Source of the DNA: Candidatus Poribacteria bacterium | Lineage (GTDB): Bacteria > Poribacteria > WGA-4E > WGA-3G | Assembly (NCBI GenBank): GCA_965205015.1 | Contig: OZ242029.1 | Span: 2,944,001 to 3,008,000 of the forward strand | Direction: 5' to 3' | DNA: 64,000 nt | Shown: one piece after another, positions 25,750 through 34,737 of the stretch | Position numbering within the stretch: position 1 is the stretch's first letter | Layout of the letters: each line of letters starts with the position of its first letter | Notes under the pieces: model-generated | Database searches by the model: none | Told to the model about the DNA's origin: nothing | The model's input: only the letters and a program-made list of their open reading frames with translations | Program-made: the position numbers and the translations under genes

Positions 25750-26792
25750 ACGATCTGAGGAGCCGCTTTGTCCAGCCCTCTCAACTGCGCGAAAATTGGA
25801 CCGCAACCATCAGCGACCACGTCATTGATCTGGCGTGGTCCCCTGATGGGAGATACATCGCTGCCGCGTCGGTTCTCGGTCCGGTGACAATTTTTGAAGG
25901 TCGTCGTCGAGCGGTTATCCATGCCTTTGAAGGGCATGAATTCGGCACAATGTCAATCGCGTGGCGTCCAGACAGCAAGGTGCTTGCAAGCGCAGGGCAA
26001 GATGGGAAAATTCGGTTGTGGGATGTGACAAGTGGCGAAGCGACCCATTCGCTTGACGGGGGTGCAGCATGGGTTGAGCACCTGGCTTGGAGTGGCGGCA
26101 AAAGACCGATACTCGTCTCTGCCGCGGGGCGTAAGTTGAAACTCTGGAACGCTATCGGCGATCTTGTTCGCGAATATCCCGACCATCAGAGCACGATTTC
26201 GGGTCTCCAATGGAGACCGCGTGTAAGGCAACTTGCCTCGATTGCCTACGGTGGCGTCACACTGTGGGACCCGCAACAGTCGGAAGCCGTCCGCCGATTG
26301 GAATGGAAAGGCTCATCACTGGTGGTTGCGTGGAGCCCTGACGGCAAATACATCGCCACCGGAGATCAAGATTCGACCGTACATTGCTGGATTATGTCTA
26401 CCGGTGACGACTTGCAAATGTCTGGCTATCCGACGAAAGTGCGAGAACTCTCGTGGGATGCCACGAGTCGATACTTGGCTACGGGCGGCGGTCAGGAAGT
26501 TACGGTGTGGGATTGTTCCGGTCGCGGACCCGCCGGTACCAAACCCATTACGCTTTCCGGGCATCAGGATTTTCTCAGCGTTGTGTGTTTTCAACATCGC
26601 GGAAAACTGCTGGCCTCAGGCGGTGCCGACGGTCTGGTCTACGTCTGGGAATTGCGCGGCAACCTCGGTTCTCAGGCGGTTCATAAAGCCGTTCTGACAG
26701 CAGGGGTCACAAATCTCGTTTGGGCACCGAATGACCAGTATATTGCTGTTGGTGACGAGTCGGGTGGGGTGAGCGTTTTTTCGATAAGTTAA
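25737..26792 (+). CDS. WD40-repeat beta-propeller protein
   Basis: Repeated WSPDG..LAS.G.DG..LWD units; overlaps the COG0523 stop. Confidence 0.92.
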   Translation: MSRLNDLRSRFVQPSQLRENWTATISDHVIDLAWSPDGRYIAAASVLGPVTIFEGRRRAVIHAFEGHEFGTMSIAWRPDSKVLASAGQDGKIRLWDVTSGEATHSLDGGAAWVEHLAWSGGKRPILVSAAGRKLKLWNAIGDLVREYPDHQSTISGLQWRPRVRQLASIAYGGVTLWDPQQSEAVRRLEWKGSSLVVAWSPDGKYIATGDQDSTVHCWIMSTGDDLQMSGYPTKVRELSWDATSRYLATGGGQEVTVWDCSGRGPAGTKPITLSGHQDFLSVVCFQHRGKLLASGGADGLVYVWELRGNLGSQAVHKAVLTAGVTNLVWAPNDQYIAVGDESGGVSVFSIS

Positions 26793-26845
26793 AGTTCAAC
26801 ATTAACTGTTCAATACTGTGGTGTTGCGTCCAAGTCCTCAATGCC

Positions 26846-28303
26846 TCACTTGAGATCACATTTCAGAAAGGACAACTGCGCTGCAGTAAAGAACAGGACA
26901 TTAAAAAGAATCAGGAGTGCGACAGGAAAAATTACACTTTGATACGAGATATGTTCTTTAAACCTTGGCACAACATTCGGATCTACCGGTTTTTGAGACA
27001 ATCCCTCCCGCACCGGATAGATATGTAAGCTATCTGGATCGTTTCTATCCTCCGTTTTGATGAAATCTATAAATGTGTCTCTATAACGGCGCACCTGTTT
27101 AACGAAATCCATATAACTGACGATTCCGGTGTTCGCGAGTCCTTCCATGGCGTATTGGAAACAGACCGTTGGAGAGATTTGGGTGAGTTCGCGGGCGAGT
27201 TGCACCTGCCGCAATTGCTGATCTACACGTGCATCTGCTATGTGAGTTCTCGTTTCAGACCTTCTTCTGAAGTAGGTCGCCCATTGCCGCGTTGCTGATG
27301 GATTGTCGACGGAAGGGGCTTCACTGAGTTTTGTTACTTCCAGCATTTCCCTCGGTTGAAATTCATCCTCTATATTTGCTAATTGCAAGCGTTTTTCCGC
27401 GGATATTCTTTCTATTGATGGGATCGGATCAAGTGTGCCGATGAAGAGGCCAAGTAGACTCGGGAAGATAAATGCTAAACAGACCCAAGTTAGCAATAAC
27501 CACACTAAACTGGTGATGGCATTTGAGACGCGACTTGAAAAAAACAGTCCCAAAAAAATGAAGATAGAAATATGCAACGCGAAGAGCCCGATCATTCCTA
27601 AAATCCGAAGCCAACTGCCTGAATTAAAAGGAATGCTCCGTGACAGGTAGATGGTGAGAAGATTCATGAGGACTCCAATCAGGAGTGGGACGATGAGGGT
27701 TGCAAATGTCCCTAAGTATTTTGCGAATAGTACCTGCCCACGAGAGATTGGGTTGGCCATCATGAGACGGAGTGTTCCCCGAGCGCGTTCCCCAGCGATG
27801 GCATCGAAAGTGAATAAAATGACAAAGAAACTCATGAAGACACCGATAAATACCCAATCAATCTTGATGCGCGTAGGTGCGTCCCCGCCATGATTTGAGG
27901 GTAGATATTCTAAGGACCACAACTCCCGCCACCTATAGTCTTCAACCACACCCCCGTCGTATCCGCTACGTCCCCCGCGTGCGCCTGCGATTGTGATAGA
28001 ACGGGGTATGAAGGCATCAGCACCATCGGCACAGAACTTCAACTGCGTCGGATACTTGGATATCTCCGCGGGTCCGACCATTGCCAACTCTCCTAAACCT
28101 TTGGCAGCGTATTCTTCAATATGAGATAACCCTTGGGTCACGTTGCGGGTATAATCACGTATTTCCGCTGTATACCCCTCATCGCCGAAGCCATATATGA
28201 GGGCATTGGCGATCATCAAGATGGGTAGAAGGAGTAACATCAAGACGAACCGCAGCGTTGTGAGATTCTGATATATCTCTTTTTTTGCAATGTGCCAAAT
28301 CAT
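26846..28303 (-). CDS. ABC-2 type transporter permease (type B of pair 1)
   Basis: MIWHIAKKE, FTFDAIAGERARGTLRLMMANP, ISP motif, large extracytoplasmic loops. Confidence 0.85.
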   Translation of the reverse strand: MIWHIAKKEIYQNLTTLRFVLMLLLLPILMIANALIYGFGDEGYTAEIRDYTRNVTQGLSHIEEYAAKGLGELAMVGPAEISKYPTQLKFCADGADAFIPRSITIAGARGGRSGYDGGVVEDYRWRELWSLEYLPSNHGGDAPTRIKIDWVFIGVFMSFFVILFTFDAIAGERARGTLRLMMANPISRGQVLFAKYLGTFATLIVPLLIGVLMNLLTIYLSRSIPFNSGSWLRILGMIGLFALHISIFIFLGLFFSSRVSNAITSLVWLLLTWVCLAFIFPSLLGLFIGTLDPIPSIERISAEKRLQLANIEDEFQPREMLEVTKLSEAPSVDNPSATRQWATYFRRRSETRTHIADARVDQQLRQVQLARELTQISPTVCFQYAMEGLANTGIVSYMDFVKQVRRYRDTFIDFIKTEDRNDPDSLHIYPVREGLSQKPVDPNVVPRFKEHISYQSVIFPVALLILFNVLFFTAAQLSFLKCDLK

Positions 28304-28306
28304 TTT

Positions 28307-28400
28307 TAGTCGTTGTCAGTTGTCAGTTATCGGTTGTCGGTTACAGGAAGATTCTCGTCTAACTGAAAGGGTTTTCGCAGAAAACCCGTACTGATAAGCC
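28307..28400. repeat. Heptamer-flanked palindromic intergenic repeat
   Basis: GTTGTCA/GTTATCG/GTTGTCG x4 plus hairpin GGGTTTTC..GAAAACCC. Confidence 0.7.
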
Positions 28401-28406
28401 TCCTTT

Positions 28407-29912
28407 TCAATTCAGTTCATACCGAAGGAACGACACATACACGCCTATAAACAGGATGACATTCCACGCCAACAGGATCAGGATATCGCTTGATGCGCGG
28501 GAAAGACTCTGAAATAGAGAAGTACGCGGGTTCTGAAAAACAGGGAGATCTCTAAACTCCGCCGTCCCTTGATCGCTGGAAAGCCACGCTCTCGCGGAAA
28601 AGGCGTTTTTACCGGTGAGATAGTCGACAACTTGACGTTTATAACTCCTTGTGTGTTTAATAAAGTCTTGGTAACGCTCCCTGTCTGTATCGGTTATCGC
28701 GCCAACGGCAAATCGGTATGCGTCCGCGAAAGAAAATCGGGAGATATCTTTGGCGAACCGTCTGTTGCTTTCTTCAACGTCTTCTCTCTGTTTGAGGAGT
28801 GCTTCGGCTTGGTTTGCGTAGTCGATACGTAGCGGTTCTTGGTAGCCCAATACTTCCTGAAGTTTGGAGACATCCACGATGTGGATCGGTTTGAACTCAT
28901 AGAATTCACTAAAGCCAAGTTCTCCCGGTGAACTCATATCAATCAATGTTGACAAAGCACCATCGCCGATCAGAGAAATCGCGCTAAATGGGTATTTATA
29001 TCCCCATTTTTTCAGCAGGTAGGCATCCCGTTCTTCCTTGAAATCTTCCCATCTCTGCTCAATATGCTGCAGAATCTCCTTTTCAGCTTGTGGTTGATAG
29101 GGCGGGAATTTCATGACTGCGAAGGCTGCTATGTTAGAATGGACGATTGTTAGGATTCCCCAAATGAACATTGAAAGGATGAGCGTGGTGGTTGCTTCCT
29201 TTGTCCATACGGATAGGAGCATCCCTAAGAGGTAACAGGTTGACACGTACAATAGGGAAAGGAGGAGCACGGCAACGAGGCGTAACAGATCACGGCTATT
29301 GAAATCGGGCGTAGGAGAAGCGTAAGCGATAAGGAGTCCAACACTAAAACTAACGATCACAATCGGGAACAGGGATAACATGCCGCCGAGGTATTTCCCT
29401 ATCACGAGTGTGTCCTTGGGAATCGGATTGGATAACACTAATTTGAGTGTGCCGTCCTCGCGTTCCCCTGAAATCGTGTTGTAAGCGAATAGGATCGCCA
29501 ATGCACTGACGACAATTTTAAAGACGAAAATAACATCGATGGAAAGAAAGATAGAGAGGAACGGGTTGTCGGAGCCCTGTTTCTGTGCCTCTTTTTCCCA
29601 TATAGGTGTTGCGAGTTCGATACTCACCATATCCGCGCCGGATTTTTCCATGCCGACATTAAAGATGCTGAGCAGATTCGGTTTCCTGTGCGCTTTCGGA
29701 TTAATTTGGCTGTAGAGGTCCCACGTTCGCGTTTCTTCTTGATATTCCTGAAGGGCAACGTGATACGCTGCCAATCGCTTTTCGTAATCTGCAACCTGAA
29801 CAAAAACAGCGGCAGCCGTTGACATTAGACAGACAATAAAACCGATCATGAACCGGGCGGTCAGGACATTTGAGACGAATTCGCGCTGGACGATTAGCCA
29901 AAGTGTTGGCAC
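28407..29912 (-). CDS. ABC-2 type transporter permease (type A of pair 1); start uncertain
   Basis: REF..N..T.RF, PN.LSIFNVG, DNPF, FAYNTISGEREDGTLKL; GTG at 29912 aligns with paralogue starts. Confidence 0.85.
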   Translation of the reverse strand: MPTLWLIVQREFVSNVLTARFMIGFIVCLMSTAAAVFVQVADYEKRLAAYHVALQEYQEETRTWDLYSQINPKAHRKPNLLSIFNVGMEKSGADMVSIELATPIWEKEAQKQGSDNPFLSIFLSIDVIFVFKIVVSALAILFAYNTISGEREDGTLKLVLSNPIPKDTLVIGKYLGGMLSLFPIVIVSFSVGLLIAYASPTPDFNSRDLLRLVAVLLLSLLYVSTCYLLGMLLSVWTKEATTTLILSMFIWGILTIVHSNIAAFAVMKFPPYQPQAEKEILQHIEQRWEDFKEERDAYLLKKWGYKYPFSAISLIGDGALSTLIDMSSPGELGFSEFYEFKPIHIVDVSKLQEVLGYQEPLRIDYANQAEALLKQREDVEESNRRFAKDISRFSFADAYRFAVGAITDTDRERYQDFIKHTRSYKRQVVDYLTGKNAFSARAWLSSDQGTAEFRDLPVFQNPRTSLFQSLSRASSDILILLAWNVILFIGVYVSFLRYELN

Positions 29913-29991
29913 AGGTAATACCACAATTGTTGTTATAGTAGCAGGCACGCGCCGCGTGCCGTCGCATCATTATAGTGTGTTTCAGTCACGT

Positions 29992-32900
29992 CTACTGATT
30001 GACACGTTCAAAACGAAACATACCACGATGTTCCGTACCAACGTAAAAGGCATTTCCATCAACAACCAGGGAAGTTATGGCATCTGGTATTTCCTGCACA
30101 ATCTTTTCCCAGGTTCCTATTTCCTTTTCTAAGTGATAGATACCTTCATCATTAGCCCCATAAACGGAATCTGTCGCTGCAGCTAATGATTTGATGAGAA
30201 CAGGTTTTCCCGTCTCATCGACGAGGGCATTCCAGACAACGCCATCTTTTGAATAACAAACCCCTTTATCCGTCGCGATGTAGACCGTTGAACCTGCGAA
30301 GACTATCTCTTTGAAATGCTCGATAGAGAAGGGGAGATTTGGTGTGATATCATTCCAAGTGTCTCCACCATCAAGCGATTGTAAGAGATGCCCATCCCGC
30401 TTACCGACATAGATGGTTTCGTCCGATGCAGCGATTTTAAAGCCTCTCCACAACGTCTCACTACGGAGTTCACCGGTCTCCTCCACACCGGTATCGTGCC
30501 ATTCTGGGTCCCCAGGTCTCCATCGGAAGAGTTTATAGTTATATTCCATGTAAAACGTTTCGTCGCTGACTGCGAAGCTGCCCCATAATCCTTCCCGTAT
30601 TAACTCATATACCGCTGGCGGGGCTGTTTGCATTTCTATCAACCTTTCAAAGAAATGGTCTGCCCCAAAATCAGCGGTCTTTGATAAATCATCCAATAAG
30701 GCATCAGGTACACCAGAAAAACCGACTCGAAGTTCCGGTTCTGATCGCCTTTCGTCTCTGAAAGTGAAATGTTTACCCGCCAGTACTTTGTGCACCAGTC
30801 CAAATGAACTTAAAGAAGGGGGCGCTCCTGTAACGGGGATGAGGGCATTACCATCGGAAGACAACTGAAGAAGCGTCGTTTCATAACTCCTTTGAATTCC
30901 TTTGGCATAGAGAACGCCATTGGTTTTTGCTATCTGCACAATTTCCGGTTGTTGCTTTTGGGGCAAACGTCCTCTGGGGTTCACTTCCAAGCTGACAGCA
31001 TCCCACGATGTTCCGCCATCGTTCGATTTGACAAAATGTTTACCCACGCTGGCATAAAGGGCTGCAGCCCTGTTTGGTGCCTGCTCTGCCACGAAACTGA
31101 CTAAATTATCAACACGACTTTCCAGTCCGGTATGAAAGCGATGCCACGTTTTACCACCATCCGTTGAACGATGAATCCCACTGCTGCCACCCGTATAAAA
31201 TGTGTTTCCATCTAAAGCTGCAGCGCATCGCACACTGAACTGCATAGGCGCAATCCCTGAAGATTCTATAGAGGTCCAAGTCTCTCCATAATCAACCGAT
31301 CGGCTTACCATACCGTCATCGTTTCCGATCGCCAAGAGTGTCCCTTTTGCAGCCAGCAGTGTTATACTCGGCAGCATCCCCATTAGGTTCCAGGCATCCG
31401 TGGGTGTTATGTCTTTCCATGAGTTCCCGCCATCGGTTGATCGGAAAATCCACCATGAACGCATCTCCCCCTTCCACAGTCGCTCCCAAATATCTTTCGG
31501 AGCCCCATAGAAATCCAAAATATTCACTGATGCCATGACATAAATTTCGTCCTCATATATCGCTAAGGACCCAACATGCACGGCTTCATCCACGGGTAAT
31601 CGTAAGTGTTTCCAGGTGTTTCCCTCAAGACGATAGAGTCCGAGATCGGTTTTCACAAATAGGGTGCCTTGACTCATTTGTAACGAATGAATTCCTGAAT
31701 GTTCAGGCAAGCGATTGTCTAAGCCATTGCTTATATACTTCCAAGAATTCCCGGCATCATCGGATCGGAAGATACCGTCACTGAGGCAAAGGTAAAGTGC
31801 ATCTTCTGTAACCATCACTTCTCTAACATACCCTTTGGGGTAGGTGTTGGGGTAGGTCCCAACTCGATGCCAAGTTTTCCCACTATCAGTGGAAGCGTAC
31901 AATTCATTCGATGGGATAATATAGAGTGTACCGTCCCACTCTGCTATGGGTATATCGCCGCCGGTGTCTTGGCGCAGAAAGGCGTCATTGACAAGCTGCC
32001 ACGCCGCCTCGTCGGCTGGCAATTTATAGATACTCTCGTCCCCTATAACGGTATAGAGTGTATTTTCCGAAGTCACTGACAAAGTACCGACTTCTCCCAA
32101 TATCCCGGGTTCATCCACCTGTGTCCATTTCACGATGTCCTCCATGAGATCATCTGAGTGTTGGAAACCTCTCAAGGTTTCGGGAACCCCAGGCTGTCGA
32201 TGAGCGGCATTGCTCTGGCTTGGCGTTTTGACGTTCCCGAGCTGCGTCCGGACATCAGGTTTGGATTCAAGGTTTAGCACGATAGGTGCCTCAATGAGTT
32301 CAACTGTCATTTCAGATGCCGCATCGAAACTGTAAGGTTTCTGGAAACGCGACAGATATTGACTGCCAAGACCTAACATCAAAAGGACAACGACTACTGT
32401 GGAGACGCCTATTGCCCACGGCACAAACGGTTTACTGCCTGATGGTGCAATCGGTTTCAGGTGCGAGATTTCGCGCATGATATTCTCTGTGAGATTCGGT
32501 GTGATCTGGAAGTTGCCTAAAGCCTCTCTGATCATCGGTTCCTCCTTCTTCAAACGCTGCCGCGCACGGTAGAGACGATTCTTAATCGCACTTACGGATA
32601 CACCCATAAATTCGCTTATCTCTTCGTAGGTCATTTCACCGAGGTAGTAGAGCGTGATGACTGTTCGATCGCTTTCCTGTAACTTCGCAAGCAACTTTTT
32701 GACGGCTTCGTGCTGTGCTTCGGCTACCGTGCGCTCGTTTTCCGCAATGACATATCCTGAATATGCTGCCTCTTCTAACTGCACATTGCTTGTGTTTTCC
32801 AACGACTGCGTCTGCAAACGTTTTTTACGCAGCCACGCCTTGCAGCGGTTCGCCGCGATCACATAAAGCCAACCCGAAAAACGCTGCGGCTCCTTCAGTG

Positions 32901-33084
32901 TTGACAGATTCTGATACGCTTTCAGGAATGTATCCTGTGTGATATCCTCCGCTATGTGAAAATCTCCGATCTTTCGCCACACCAGCGCATGCACCGATCT
33001 CTGATATTTTCTTACAAGCGCGGAGAACGCAGTATCATCGCCTGACAGGACCCGTTGAATGAGTTCAACATCTTCGTTTTTCAT
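29992..33084 (-). CDS. ECF sigma factor fused via a TM helix to a BNR/Asp-box beta-propeller
   Basis: Sigma2 AEDITQDTFLKAY..FSGWLY.IA, sigma4 LYYLGEMTYEEISE..IKNRLYRAR; TM WAIGVSTVVVVLLMLGLG; many S.DGG.TW Asp-boxes. Confidence 0.9.
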   Translation of the reverse strand: MKNEDVELIQRVLSGDDTAFSALVRKYQRSVHALVWRKIGDFHIAEDITQDTFLKAYQNLSTLKEPQRFSGWLYVIAANRCKAWLRKKRLQTQSLENTSNVQLEEAAYSGYVIAENERTVAEAQHEAVKKLLAKLQESDRTVITLYYLGEMTYEEISEFMGVSVSAIKNRLYRARQRLKKEEPMIREALGNFQITPNLTENIMREISHLKPIAPSGSKPFVPWAIGVSTVVVVLLMLGLGSQYLSRFQKPYSFDAASEMTVELIEAPIVLNLESKPDVRTQLGNVKTPSQSNAAHRQPGVPETLRGFQHSDDLMEDIVKWTQVDEPGILGEVGTLSVTSENTLYTVIGDESIYKLPADEAAWQLVNDAFLRQDTGGDIPIAEWDGTLYIIPSNELYASTDSGKTWHRVGTYPNTYPKGYVREVMVTEDALYLCLSDGIFRSDDAGNSWKYISNGLDNRLPEHSGIHSLQMSQGTLFVKTDLGLYRLEGNTWKHLRLPVDEAVHVGSLAIYEDEIYVMASVNILDFYGAPKDIWERLWKGEMRSWWIFRSTDGGNSWKDITPTDAWNLMGMLPSITLLAAKGTLLAIGNDDGMVSRSVDYGETWTSIESSGIAPMQFSVRCAAALDGNTFYTGGSSGIHRSTDGGKTWHRFHTGLESRVDNLVSFVAEQAPNRAAALYASVGKHFVKSNDGGTSWDAVSLEVNPRGRLPQKQQPEIVQIAKTNGVLYAKGIQRSYETTLLQLSSDGNALIPVTGAPPSLSSFGLVHKVLAGKHFTFRDERRSEPELRVGFSGVPDALLDDLSKTADFGADHFFERLIEMQTAPPAVYELIREGLWGSFAVSDETFYMEYNYKLFRWRPGDPEWHDTGVEETGELRSETLWRGFKIAASDETIYVGKRDGHLLQSLDGGDTWNDITPNLPFSIEHFKEIVFAGSTVYIATDKGVCYSKDGVVWNALVDETGKPVLIKSLAAATDSVYGANDEGIYHLEKEIGTWEKIVQEIPDAITSLVVDGNAFYVGTEHRGMFRFERVNQ

Positions 33085-33131
33085 CGGACACCTCTGGAAA
33101 AGAAAAGTTTATTTTTCTGCAGTCACACTTA

Positions 33132-33159
33132 ATGACGCGACTTAATATAGAAAAGTCTC
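33132..33159 (-). promoter_or_regulatory. Candidate ECF-type promoter
   Basis: GAGACT-16 nt-CGTCAT upstream of the ECF gene. Confidence 0.45.
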
Positions 33160-33325
33160 ACAATTTTTCAAAAATAGGAACCAATTCATGTAAAGGAGAT
33201 TGAAATTCCGTCTTGGTGATAATCGGGGGTAAGGAGAAATTGTAGTCGTTCGATTTGTTTTTGCTTCTATCTGTTAGCAGCAGTATAGCATAAATCTGGC
33301 TAAAAGGATATAACGTGAACTTACG

Positions 33326-34735
33326 CTAAACCTCAACACGGACAAAGGCGAGATAAGCACCTGACAGCAGCACCACGGCAAACATTGTTAACAGCAACAT
33401 CTCCATCGCTGCGTCGTTAAAATCCTTGCTGAGACTCAGTGTATCTTCAAATTTTGGGACTGCTGCTGGCGGGATCTTCTTCTCTGTCATACCTTCACGA
33501 ACACCAATAATATGGAGACTCTCCGAATCCGATCTATCAATGTCAACGACAAATTCACGATATTGCCGAGCGTAACGTTCCACATTCTTCACAAATTGTA
33601 GATGCCGCTCAAAACCGGTTCCGGCAAAAGATTCAAGAAGATGTTGAAGGAGAGTCGCGGGCGAAACACGAGTGATGGACCGCGCATGTTGAACCTGCGC
33701 AATCTTGCTGGTGAAGTATTCTTGGTTTAAACCTTCTTCCACTTTTGCATCTTCAATGAAAAACTCACTTTTCGATGTCAACGTTTTTTTGTCCATTTTA
33801 TCTGACCAGATCACGTAGTCGTATTTAGCCCAGAGTTCCTCTAATATTTGGTTATGCCGTCTCCATTTTTCCTCAGTGGGCATTGCGGGGGCGAACTCGC
33901 TTGCGATAGAAGCCAATGTACTCGGCATAAAAACAACAAATGTGACCCAAATCAACAGGAGTATTACCAGGCTCACGGCACTCCGTTGCACACGCGCGGA
34001 TACTAACAATCCCAACGCAAGAAAAAAACAGGTGTATAGAAGTGCTATAAAGAAGATGATACCCAATCGTTCCCACGCTTCTATGTTAAGGTGAACAGCA
34101 GTTGTGGTGGAAATCATCAAAAGGTTCATCAACGCCGCAAGCGTAAAAGGGATGCTGACACTTATCAACGCTCCTAAAAACTTACCGATCAATACGGTAT
34201 GACGTGGCACTGAATTCGCTAACATTAACCGAAGGGTACCGCGTTCGCGTTCACCTGAAATGGCATCGAAAGTGAATAAGAGTGCAATCAAACTCAAGAC
34301 ATAAGCGATGATGAATGCCCAATCCACTTTGGTAACATCCGGACCAACGCGCTTCAGGTTTATGTTGGCATCGGGATATCTCAGTTTCCAAACACCTATT
34401 ATATTAGTGGAGTATACATAAGGCCTGCCGCCTTCAATGATGTTCGGCAGCAAGTGTTCTCCGCCTTCTGCGCAGAAATGCAGGGGTGACGGCTTTTTGT
34501 AGAGTTTTCCCGGTCCCTGTTGTGCGAGTTTATACAAACTGTCATCGGCGTGAGAATTCAGAACAGTCCGAGATTCGACGACAGCCTTGTTATACTTCTG
34601 GATCCGCTTTGGATGCTCGCGGAGATGTCCGAGGGCATTGGTTAACATCAATGCTAAGAGCAAGAGGGTCGTCAGTGCGAATCGAAGGCTATTGAAGTTG
34701 TCGTAAAGTTCACGTTTTGTGATATGTAATATCAT
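33326..34735 (-). CDS. ABC-2 type transporter permease (type B of pair 2)
   Basis: MILHITKRELYDN, FTFDAISGERERGTLRL; paralogue of 26846 and 42326. Confidence 0.85.
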   Translation of the reverse strand: MILHITKRELYDNFNSLRFALTTLLLLALMLTNALGHLREHPKRIQKYNKAVVESRTVLNSHADDSLYKLAQQGPGKLYKKPSPLHFCAEGGEHLLPNIIEGGRPYVYSTNIIGVWKLRYPDANINLKRVGPDVTKVDWAFIIAYVLSLIALLFTFDAISGERERGTLRLMLANSVPRHTVLIGKFLGALISVSIPFTLAALMNLLMISTTTAVHLNIEAWERLGIIFFIALLYTCFFLALGLLVSARVQRSAVSLVILLLIWVTFVVFMPSTLASIASEFAPAMPTEEKWRRHNQILEELWAKYDYVIWSDKMDKKTLTSKSEFFIEDAKVEEGLNQEYFTSKIAQVQHARSITRVSPATLLQHLLESFAGTGFERHLQFVKNVERYARQYREFVVDIDRSDSESLHIIGVREGMTEKKIPPAAVPKFEDTLSLSKDFNDAAMEMLLLTMFAVVLLSGAYLAFVRVEV

Positions 34736-34737
34736 TC

